Shown here piece by piece: positions 15,679-27,600 of a stretch of DNA of 59,884 nucleotides. Source of the stretch: a virus (taxonomy: Duplodnaviria; Caudoviricetes); IMG/VR virus record IMGVR_UViG_3300001765_000186, positions 1-59,884 of that record, one strand, 5' to 3'. Each line of letters opens with the position of its first letter. Positions within the stretch are counted from its first letter, which is position 1. Both the position numbers and the translations under genes were made by a program. A model generated the notes under the pieces. It did not search any database. It saw only the letters and a program-made list of their open reading frames with translations, and was not told where the DNA came from.

Positions 15679-18600
15679 CGGGCTTCCAGTTCTTGACGCA
15701 CAGCCGCGCGAATCTCTGCCGGGGCAGTCTTCGCAATACGCTGTTCTTTGGTCATGTTCATTTGCTTCACGCGGCTCAAGACTTGAGAGAATTTGATGCT
15801 GATGGGGGACTCGGGGTTGGTCGCATTCCATTTTGCCAGATCCTCCCGCGCAGCCTTCACTTTTTCAACGTCCTTTTCAAACAATCCCTTTGCCCACTCG
15901 TCGGCAATCTCGCTCTCGCGCATCTTGTTCAGACCAATCATTCGCACGGCCTCTTGTCCTGCGTCCTGCACGCGCTTTACATCATTGGGCTGGAACCCGA
16001 TGGCCTTAGCGAGTACGTCTGAGCCGTCCACGTCAATGACCTTTTTCCCAGACTGGTCCCGATACATACCGGTGGTGTACATATCGTAGGCTTTGACGAG
16101 GTTCCGCGCCGCAACCGGCGAAGCGGTCATGATGGCACCATCCACTCCAAAAACATGCCCTCCTATTGCTTTTCCAGCAGCTTCAAACCCGCGCTTTGCC
16201 AAGTCACCCACGGGGCCAAGCACTTCCGTCACGTCCCTGGTGTGGTCGGTCTTCTTGGTGAACAGGCCCGTGCCTGGGATCAGGTTGCCCAGTCCCATGC
16301 GTCCGCTCACATCGATAGGCACACCGGGCAAGCCAGAAATGCCGCTCTCCATAAACCGTGCCCCGCCCTCGCCAAACAGTTCCACGAAAAACGCCTTGCG
16401 CTTCGCTGCACTGTCAAAGTTGTAGCCCATGGACTGCAACACACCGCTGATGATGTCGTCCAAATCCTCTGCGCCAGGGAAGCCACCGGCACCGGCCATC
16501 AAGAACAACACACCCAGCGCCAGCGCAGCGGCCTTCTTACCCTCGGGTCCGTTCTTCGCCATGCGCGAGAGCATTTCCACGTAGCTCACCGAAAACTGTT
16601 TGAAGGTGAACAGTGTTGCGCCGATAGCGCCCCGCGCCCACTTGGGTTTATTGCCCTTGTTGTAGATACCCTGAGTCTCGCTGATTGCCTTGCGTGCGAA
16701 CCCGTCGGGGTCGGCCATGCCTTCGGCTACTGCGGTGCGGAATGCTGCAATAAACGTGACCCTGCGGTTGAACTGCTCGGCCACGCCGAACAGCTTGCCC
16801 CATGCCAGACCCAAGCGGGCAACCCCGTTTTGTGCCGTGGCCAGCGCATTGCCCGCCGTGGTGCCGTCGCCAGAGCGCAAAGCGCCCTTACCTTGGGATT
16901 GCTGCATCAACTGGTGCACCTCTTGCGGGCTCACGGTGCCATCTTCCTCTGCACGCTTGATAGCTGCATCCAGCTTGGCATCGCCCGTGCGGGCTTTCAG
17001 AGCATCCTGCATGGCCGCCGTCATCTGCTTGGCCGCCTTGATGCCGCCGCCGTACTGCGACAGCCAAGGGAATGTCATGGTTATGGGCTGTGTCAAGTTG
17101 ACCATGGCCGATGCAACGCTGCCGCCAATGTACTGGGCGAACATCAAACCACGTACCGCCTGGGCTTCTTCCATGGGGTTCTGGATGTAGTCAACCAGTT
17201 GCACGGCTGCATCCTTCAACTCGCCGTCGCCGTTCTTGGTGCCGTCGGGGTTCTGGCCGACCACGCTTGCGGCTTCGGACATTTCACCCATGTGCAGGTT
17301 CTTGGACGACTGGCGGGCGTTGGAGTAGACGAACCCGGCCAGCACCCGGCCCGCGTCTTCGCTGAATCCAGCAATGCCCTTGCGGGTCATCAAGCGTTTC
17401 ATGCTGGAACGGTTGTTCTTCGCCAGCTTGATGTATGTCTGGAAAGCCTTGGCCGCCGCGTCGTCGCCCTTGGCCTCCAACCCCAGCATGTCGCCAAACA
17501 GTTCCAGCGTTTCAGGGCTCACGCCAGCGAACAGTTTGTATTCCTCCTGGGACACGGTGTCACGCTTCACGGTCGCACCTGGGTGCAACGCCGTCATATC
17601 CCGCGCCATCTTCGCCGCGTCCATGGTGGACTCAAACATGCCGAAGTAGACCCGTTCGCCCTCGGCGTCCAGCACGTCTACCGTGTGTTGCCCAAAGCGG
17701 GACAGCGGAGCATAGCCACGGTCGATCAAGTCAAGCGCACGGGTGCCCTTGTCGATGATGGTGTTGGCCGTGTCGGTCAGCACGTTGGTGCGTGCGGAGT
17801 CGCCGTCATCCGTCAGAGACAACAGGTAGTCGCGCAGGGTTTCAGCCGCCTCCATGGCGGTCTTGCTGCTCTGCACCACGTCGCGGATGGGTGCCGCGTC
17901 TTTGCCCGCGTAGCGCAGCATGTCGGTGATAGCCAAGTTGGTAAGGCTCTTGTTGGTGGCCGCGCGAAACTCCTTGTACAGCGGGATCTGCTTTTCGTTC
18001 AGCCCGAACATGGACTTCAACTCGGCATCCTTCCACACCACGCCAGGGCGCAGCATTTCCCGCTCGTACTTGCTTTCAATCAGGGCGTTGTACTGGTCAA
18101 GCTGCATCCCGCGCCACATGGTCATCACCTGATTGGAAACGAGGTTCTTGCGAATCAGGATCTGCGCCTTGTCGGCGGTCGGGATCTTCGCGGCCTCGGC
18201 CTCCAGTACTTCCATCTTTACCGGCTTGCCGGATGTATCCCGGCCCCACAGCAAGGTGCCTTCAAACACCGGGCGGCTCAGTGCCTTGGCATCTTCTGGG
18301 CTCATGGCAGCGCGTGTGATGTCCTTCCAGCTTTCCAGCTTCGGCAAGATGGTCGGCGCAAGGTCTGCCGCCTCGGTGGCAAAGTAGCTCACGTCGTTGA
18401 TGAAGTTCTGCACGCCATCAAACACCCGCTTGAAGGCCGTGGACCGCTGGGCAAGGTTGTATTGCGTGCCCACGGTCTTGTGCCACCAGTTCAGTTTGCC
18501 GGGTACAGAGCCAATCAGGTCGTTGACCTTGTAGCCTGCGGGTAGCGCCACGTCGCGCACGCTGTTGGTTGCGCTGGTCAGGGTGTCGCCAACGGAGCGG

Positions 18601-21600
18601 CTGAACATGGTTTCAGCATCGTCTGCCCTGCTCATAGCTGGCAATCCACCGCCACCACCGCCAGGGCCGCCACGCTCCACCCACGCACGCGCGGGCAGGA
18701 TGTAGTTCTGGATCAGTTCATTGTCCGACAGGCGCATGTTGTTGAAACCCGGCACGTTCTGGCGCAGCCAAGTGCGTACAGCCGCAATGGCACGCTGCAC
18801 GAATCCAAGCTCGGGCTTTGTCTGGGCTAGTTCTGCAAGCACTTCCTCTGCTGCGGTGAACCGGTCCAGTTGGCTACCCATCTTCAAACCGTACTGCGTG
18901 ATCTTCGCGTCCACTTCTGCTTTGCGCATCATGGCCACGCCCCGCAAGATAGGGCGCAGTGCCTTACCAAAGGTGCCGCGTAGACCGTAGTGGCCCAGCG
19001 ACTCATGGAACAACACTCGCGCGATGTCGTTGGGCGTGCCCAGCTTGGACGACATCAAGTACACGGTGCCCTTGTAGTAGAAACCCTCCGGCGTGCCGGA
19101 TGCCCCGCCGCTTCGCTGGCGCTGGTCTTCTGCCCTGACTTTCTCAGGGATCACCGGGTCGTTCATGTCGAAAGCGATAACCACCTCTGGCGGGTTTTCC
19201 CAATGCGATGCGATGCCGCGTGCCAAACGCTCCACCGATTCATTGGCCTGGGACTGTGCGCCACGGCTGAACGTGGGGCGGGAGAAAACCACGTCGGTTG
19301 TATTTGCCGTGGTGTCTGGGATAGCTCCCATCGCACCTTCAAGGGTTTCCCCGTCGGCGGTCGCGGTCACACCAGCACTAGATAGGTTCCTCAAAACCTC
19401 TTGGTGCTTCTTGCGCAGTTCCACCAGCTTTGGCTGGTCCGGCCAGTCACCAGATACAGGGGCTGCATCCAGTTCGGCCTTTTCCCTCTTGGCGTTTTCC
19501 AGTTGACGTTTTTCATATTCGTGCTGCTGGCGGGCGCTCACGGCCAAGTTTTCAGCCATAACCACCACCACTGGGACGGTGCGCTCTATCCCCGCCTCAT
19601 CTACAGCATAAAGGCTGCGAGCATTTGAAATAGTCTGCCCCATATAGGTCAGCACTACGTCAAGCACTTTTTCAAGTTTTGCGCTCTGCCCTTCGACTGA
19701 TACGCTAAATGGCCCCAGCTTGCCAATCTCCTTGACTTGCTCATCGGCAATGGATTCGGCAACTGCCTGCCGAATGGCCGTAGCAATTTGCGTCCGGCGA
19801 TTGAATGCTTCTCCACCAAACGTCCAGGCTATCGGCTCCCGGTCGCCTCGAAGGTTGGAGAATGCTTCGGTCAGTTTGTCGCGGGAAGTGAACACCTCGC
19901 CGTTCATGTTCACCGACAACGGCACAGGGCGGGCGGCCCACGGGTTGTAGTCGGCGGCCTTCTTGTCCTGCTCGGGCTCGGCTGCTACCTGGGCTTCCGT
20001 CAGTTGGCGGCCTCCATACTTGCCGTCGGCTTGGCGCTGCATGTAGACCTTGTTGTCGATCATGGCCAGGAGCACTGCCCCGGCTTCCTTTGCGTCGGTG
20101 TAGTCCTTGCCGTCGATAGTGGCCTTGAAGCCCTCGCCAATGGCGGCCAGTTCAGTGCGGTACTGGTCGGATGCCTCGGCCATGCCCTTGGACGATTCAA
20201 TTTTTGCCGGTAGGCTTTCCAGCTTCTGCGACACGCTATTTTTGCGGCTTTGCAGGTCGGACTTCTGGGCATCGAATGCCCGCTTGCGCTGCTCCAGCTT
20301 CTTGATTTCGCCCTTGATCTGGATTTCGCGCAACAGGTCGATATTGCCGGTGGCCGCCGCTTGCATTTCGCCTGCGGACAGTTCCAAGTCTTCAAATGCG
20401 TTTTCGATGTCGCGGCCAATCTTGCGGGTGCGCAACTGGTTAATCATCTTGAGTTTGGTTTCCTGAACCTGCCACATGCGCATGTCCAGTGTGTCCTGGG
20501 TCACATAGGCCAGGATCTCTACTTCAAAGCCTGGGAGCCCGCCCGCGCGGCCTTCAACCGGGGCCAGGGTGTTGCCCTGCCGGATAACGCGCCCTTCGCG
20601 CTGCTCCACGTCTGACGGCTTCCACGGCACGTCCAGATGGTGCAAGGCGACAAGCCGCTCCTGCACGTTGGTCCCAGCGCCCAGCTTCTGGGTGGAGCCC
20701 AACAAAATACGGATCTGGCCCGAATTTACCTTGCGGAACAGACCGGCCTTTTGCTCGTCCGTGTTGTAGTCGTGGATGAAGGCGATTTCGTTCTCGGGGA
20801 TACCCTTCTCAATCAGTGCGGCTTTCAGGTCGTCGTACACAGAGAATCCACGCTCGGCGGCCTGCATGGCTCCCAGCCAGTCGCGGCCCTTGGCTTCCAA
20901 TTCCTCCTGCGCGTCCTCGGCGTCGTCGATCTTCGCCTGGGCGGCCTCGTCACCCAGCGCAGCACGGCCCAACAGTTCATCGCCATACCCGGCTTCAATG
21001 CGGTCCTTGAGTACTTGGTACTCTGCCAATTCCTTCTTGGCAGTCTTCAAAGGCGTGCCAAGGTCAGAGAACACCAGTTGCGTGCCCTTCACATCGTTGT
21101 ACTGCTTGTAGCGGGCGAACAGTTCTTGCGATGCACGGTCGATGCGTCCACCGGCTTCCCGAACGGTGATAGTCGGGTCCACCAGCCGCACATCCATGGC
21201 GGCCTTGCGGGCGTCGGACATGATGACAAGAATATTGTCTTCACCCTTCTGCGGCGGGCCTTTGCGCTTCTCCAGCGCCAGGGCACGATTGGCGATGTCG
21301 GCCATGTACGCTTCCTGGGCGGCTGATTTGCGCAGCGACATAGGCGTGCGCTTGCCGCCTTTCAGCTTGGGCAATGGGAACTCGCGGCCCTGGTTTTCTT
21401 CCGAGAATGCCTTTTTGACATCCTCCATGGTCACGGTGTCGGAAACTTGGTCAAACACCTTCAATAGCTCGGGCGTGTTGACGAAGTTGCTCATGCGGTT
21501 TTGCGCCTTGAAGCCGTCGGCACTGGCCTTCTGCATCCACACCTGTTCAACCGATGCGTAGGTGTTGGCCCATGCGTCGAACGACTCAAAGCCCATTTCC

Positions 21601-24600
21601 TCCATCTGCGTTGGCATGAGGTAGCGCATCATGTGGTACATCTCGGCCAGCGAGTTGGATACCGGAGTGCCGGTCGCAAAAACCACCCCTTGCCCGCGCC
21701 CGTTGCGCTCATACAGTTGGTTGGCCTTCACGTACATATCATAGGCACGCTGGCTGCCCTTGCTATCACCCAAGCCCGCAATGTTCTGCATCTTGGTGCT
21801 GAACATCAAATTCTTGAACATATGGGCTTCATCAACAAACAGTTGGTCTACACCCAGTTCCCCGAAGTCGAGTAGCGAGTCCATGGGCTTGTCGCGCAGT
21901 GCCTTGATGCGGTTCTCCAGGCGCTCCTTGATGCCCTCCAATTGCTTGATGGTGCGCTTCTTCTGTTGCTTCTCGCCGTCGCCGTTGTCCACTTCCCGAA
22001 TGGTCTTGACGATGTTTTCCACCTGCTTGGTGTTGAATGCGGCCTCAAAGTCAGGCGCTGGCCGGATGAACCCATAAGACGAGTGCGCGATGATGACGGC
22101 ATCCCAATCGCCCGTGGCGATCTTCGCCAGGAACTTGCGCCGGTTGGACTTTTCAAAATCCTTCTTGGTCGCGGTCAGGATGTTGGCACCGGGGTACAGC
22201 TTGTAGAAGTCAGCCGCCCACTGCTTCACCAAGTGGTTCGGCACCGCGATCATGGGCTTCTTGGCCAGACCGGTGCGGCGCAGTTCCATCGCAGATGCGA
22301 TGACGGTATAGGTCTTGCCGGAGCCCACTACGTGGTCAAGCAGGGCCGTGCGGTCCTGCACGATACGCGCGATGGCGTTGCGCTGGTGGCGTCGGAACTC
22401 CACAATAGCGTTGGGCACCTTGCCAGGAAACGTCATCCATGCGCCGTCATACTGGCGGGTCACATAGTTGTTGTTGGTGTCGTTGTACGCGCGGCCCAGC
22501 AGTTCGGCCCGGTCGGCGTCGGAGAATAGCCAGTCTTGGAACTTGTCGCGCATTTCCTGCGCCTTGGCGTTGGCATTCTCCGTGCCGGTCACGTCGGTGT
22601 GCGTCTTCCCCTCGGCGTCTTTGTACGTCACCTTGACCGGCTTGTTGTTCAGCAGCGCAGAGAGAATGTCCGAGCCCCGATAGTCCGGCGTGCCCCATGT
22701 GTTGGTGTTGGCGGTGTCGCTCCCGGCGTGGATGTAGGACGAGTAGCCGCCCGAAGCCTTCACATACTTGATGCTGGCGTCCGTGCCCTCGCCCAACAGG
22801 CTCTTGGCAAAGTCTTGGTAGACCGACTCTGGCACCCATGGGGAACCGATACGCGCGTTGATTTCATGCGCTCCAACGTCCTCGGGCTGCACAGTCTCCA
22901 GGGCCTTGATGTTGTTGAACATGCCCGCCTGCTTGGCTTGCACCAGCTTGGCGCGGACATTGCCCGACAAGTAGGCATCGCGCAGCACGTATTCACCGGT
23001 CGCGGGGTCGTTGAACAGCAGCGGCGAGTCACCGCCAGACAGTTCGTGCAGCGCCTCGTCGGCATCCTTGCCCAGCAGTTCACCGATGTATTTGGTGTCC
23101 AGCCTGCCACGCTCGGCCATGGACACATTCAGCGCATCGGCGGGGCTCTCCACCTTGGCAACTTGCTGGCGGGCGTCGATCACCCGGCGGGTGAATATCG
23201 GCCCCTTGTTGGCCGTGGATGGCACCATCTTGATGCCCATGGACTTGGCAGCGGCCAGACCGATTGCCGGGGTGTAGCCATACTCCAGCGAAGCCAGTAG
23301 CGGGAAGTCTGGATCATCACCAAACACCCGAATGGTGCCGGGGTCGTTGATGCGCCCATGGTCCTTGGTGAATGCGTCGTACTGGTCGTTCAGCGTCTTG
23401 CGCAACGCTTCCATGTTGGCATCATTGGCCAACTCGGCGGCCAGCAGGCTACGCACGGTGGAGCGCATACCGGCCAGGGACTTGATGCGGTTAAACCCGT
23501 TGTCACCCAGCTTGGTTTCTTCGGTCCACTGGCTCTGTGCGGTCACTTCCTGCGCCCGCGCCTCGCCCGCGATGTCCTTGATACGCTGGAACAGCTTGCC
23601 GTCTTCCTCAAAATACCCGCCCTCTTGCACCTGGGGGTTTTGCAGCGTCTTGATAAGCGCGTCCTGCAAGCTGGCCGTGTTGGTGATGGCGCGGTCCACG
23701 TAGACATTCGCGGGCAGCTTGGATACCGCCTCCTTGAGCAATGCCGCTGTGTCTTGTCCAGGCTTTTGCACCAGTGCGGTGGATTCACCCCGGTACATGG
23801 TCCCATATGCGCCAAACTTGCCCAGCATCATTTCTGGGTGGTCGATGAAATACTGGTTCAGCGGGACAGTGCGCCCTTCTGCGTCAGTGATTTGGCCAAC
23901 GGCCAGCCACTCCTTGGCATTCGCACGCGCGGCCTTGCCGCCCCACTCCGATTCGGGCAGCTTCTGCAAGAAAATCAGGTCGGTGGTTACTTCGGTGTTC
24001 GCGTTCTTGCTGAATGCGTTGTTCGGCAACCGGATAGCGCCAAGTAGTTTTGTCTTTTCAGCGATGTACTTCCGCGCGGTGTCGGTTTGAGCATCCATGA
24101 AAGAATTGGTGATGACCTGGGCCAGAATGCCGCCCTCGCGCAGCATGTCCACTTCCTTGGCGAAAAAATAGTTGTGCAGGGACAGGCCAGACAGGTGCTT
24201 GCGCCCCGAACGGTCTACCTGTGGATCTGACGCGAACGGGGGATTGCCGACCGCCACGTCGTAGAAGTCATCATTGCCGACGAACTCGGTGAAGTCTGCC
24301 TCTTGGATGTTCTGCTGTGGGTACAGGTTGCGGGCAATCTTCGCGGAGAACGGTTCCCGCTCAATGGCGGTGAACCGGCTTGCGCTGCGCATGGTCGCGG
24401 GCATCAAGCCAATGAAGTTACCTACACCGGCTCCACCCTCCAGGGCGCGTCCACCGGCAAACCCGAAGCGCTCCAGGGCGGCATAGATGCCGTCCTGAAC
24501 CACTTGGCGGGACGTGAAGTGGGCGTAGCGCGTGGATACCCGTGCGTCGGCATAGTCACGCTCCGACATCAAGCCCTTCAACTCGGTGTATTCCTTGGAC

Positions 24601-27600
24601 CAGTCGGCGTTATCTTCGTCAAACGCCTGGGCCAAACCGCCCCAGCCAACGTACTTAGCCAATACGGCCTGCTCGGTCGGCGTGGCCATGCGGCCATCGG
24701 TGTCCAGTTGGGTCAACAGGCGAATCGCCTCTATGTTGCCCTTGAACTTGGCCTTTTGCCCGCCTTCGCCCAGTGCGAAGTCGTCTTCAATGGTGAAGTC
24801 TGCAAACGCTGGCGCTGGTATCGGCGCAGCGTTGGGTGCCGGGTTGGCTGGTATCAGTCCTCCCGTTCCCCCGGCAGTATCAACGAACCCAAGCCCCGGT
24901 TGTATTCCTGCATCGCCTTGAACCCCGGACTGTCCGGCGCTTCCTCGCTTGCTTCGCTTTCCTCGGGCGGGAACAGGTACTGCTCCCGTGTCGCTTCCCA
25001 CGCCTCCTGATACTTGAACCCCTGCGCTATCAGTAGATCCATTTCCTTCTGGGTCGCCTCTGCCGCTTCCGTCAGGGCTTTCTCCAGTTGGTGCGACTTC
25101 ACCAGTTCCCGAAACTTGCTCGGTTGAAACTCCCTCCAGTGGGTTCGGGCTTGTGCTATCCAGTTTGAGTGTTGCATTTTGGGTATCCTTGGCCGGAGTA
25201 TCGGCTTCATCTTCTGATTTTTCAAGTTCCTCAAGGGAATCGAAGCCCGCGACCGTCTTTTTAGAAGTCACTGGCTTGTCCTTGTGGCGACCGGCCACAG
25301 AGATATAGGCACCCTGCAAGGTGTCGAACGGGATGGCGTCAGCGGTTTCTTGGTCGATGCCATTGGCGATGAAGTCGCGCACGTAGGCCACGGCCTGCTT
25401 AAACGACACAGACCCTAATTCAATTGCACCGTCAAATAGTTCTATGACGATGGGCAAAAGCTGTTGTTCTTCCTCCTGGGTCCAGTTCATGCGCGTGTTC
25501 TTGCCTGCAAGGTGGGCCAGCTTGCCCAAGGCGTTGAACATCTTGGCTTTGGCGGCCTTCGCTTCGTCGGATAGGGCGGCTTTGGCGTCAGGCTTTGCTA
25601 CAGTTTCCGTAGCTACGGGCGCATTATCGGCGGGGGCTAGAGGTTGTTTTGTCTCTGCCTTCACTTCCTCAATGCTGGGCACGTCATCACGCTTGCCGTC
25701 GATAAAGTCTTGAATGGCCGGTGAACTGGACTTTGCCCCGGAATACGTCGGGTTTGGCTTTGCCTCGTAGCTCTGCATTTCTGCGTCAAGCTCGTCGTTC
25801 TGGCCTTCCAGTTGCGCAATCTCCCGCTTGATCTGGTTGATCTGCGTTTCCAGCCGGTCATCACCAACCATGCCGTTTGCATCCTGCTTGGCTTGCAACT
25901 CCATCAGCATGTTGCGGGCTTTGGTGACTGGGCTTAGTTCAGCCGCATTCGCAGTTTGCATATTGCGAACGGGTGCAGCATCCGGCCCCATCACCTTGAC
26001 CAGCTTGTCCTGCACGCGCGGTGCCAGATTCTCCCAAGACTTGAACTGCAACTTGTCGGCGGTAACCTGGGGAAACCCTGCCTTGAGGATCAGGACCATC
26101 CGGTCAACATTGCGGGTCCGCGTCCACTCTATTTCGGCTACGCCTTCTGGGGTTTCGGCTGGTTGTTGCGCTTTTGACGGCTTGGCTTTGGTGGTTTGAG
26201 TGCCATTGTCTTGTCCTTGAGTAGTTGCTACAGGTTTGATAGCTGCTTGCGCAGTATCTGCGGGGGCTACAGGCGCTTCTTGCTTGGATACGATGTCCCA
26301 GCGCGTTGCACTTGTCTTCACGGCCTTGTGGGTGTCCTTCAAACCATTCTTGGTGATGAACTCCCCGGCCTTCATGGGGTTGCCGAAATAGGCCGAGCCC
26401 TTGGCAATACGGTCTATGGCCTTGGCACGCTTCTGCGGGATGCCAAACAGGTGATCCATGTCGGCCTTGACGCTACCAAGGCTGGCGGGGCCGGGTGCTG
26501 GTTTCCCTGCGCTCCCTGCGCTCCCTGCGGGATTTTTCTCTACCCCATTGGCTTCCACCTGGGCGGTTCTGGCTCCGGGTGCGGGTTCAGCGGCATCTGT
26601 ATTTGCTCCCACAGCTTGCGCCTGCGCGTCTGGCGTGGCTTCGGTTCGCGCTGTGGGCTCGTTGGCTGCTGGCGTTGGGTTTTCGACACGGAGCACGTCC
26701 TTTGCGGTGAAGCCTGGGCCTGCACTGGCAGTCACCTGCGTGCCAAGCGATTTTGGCTGTGGGTTTCCTTGGGCTACTGGCGCTGCATTGCCTCCACCGG
26801 CCTGTTCACCAGATTGACCCACGTAATCAGCAACTGCTCCGCTCGGGTTGTCTCCCTCGGAGAGTCGATCAAGTTGTCCAAATTCCACGCCTCCAACGGC
26901 GTTATCGCCAACAGGTCCAGCGGGTTCTGTGCTTCCGGGTTCAGTTCCAGTAGTTGGGCTGACATTGAATGCGTCCTTGAGTCGGGCCACAAAGCCATCA
27001 AACACCGGGGCAATGGTCCAGCCAGTGCCCTCCAACTTTGCGCGGCGTGCTGCTGCAAACCGTGTTGCAAATGGTGCGCCCATGCCGTTGAGGATGTCGC
27101 CATCCTGGGTGCCTTCGTACTTGCGGCCACCGTCGGCCACCGCTTGATTGCTGAACAGAACCGCCCGCTTGTCTTCCTCGGACATCTGCGCCTCGGCCAA
27201 TGGGCCTTTGGTGATTGCCTGGGTGGCTGTGTCCTGCTGCTGCGCTTCTGCCTCCTGCTGGGCCATGTGCGCCTCGTAGACGGCTCGGTCTTGGTCAACG
27301 ACCTGGGTCTGCTGGATTTCGTCATGGATGCCGCCGTCCACCGCACCAGCGGCCACGCGAGACAACGGGCCAGCTTCGGGCGTGATGCCCATGGCCTGGG
27401 ATGGCTTGATGGGGTCAAGGGCACCGGTAGATGCCAAGATTTCATCGTCATGGCTTGCCACGGCACGCTGGGCGGCCAACTGCGCATCGCGCTCTTGCTG
27501 CTGCTGCGCCTGCTGGGCGGTCAGTGCCGCACGGCCATCAGGCGGCGTAGTCTGCGCGACGTTCGGCGCACCCACTTCCTCAGATTGCACAGTTGCAAGC

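Noticed and set aside
16155-18545. 796-aa + strand ORF and other long antisense ORFs (26196..27776, 29058..29945, 51651..52496)
   Set aside because: Antisense shadows of GC-rich genes, with no motifs or RBS
26540-26725. Fourth nested +1-frame ORF in the giant gene
   Set aside because: No RBS and a low-complexity product
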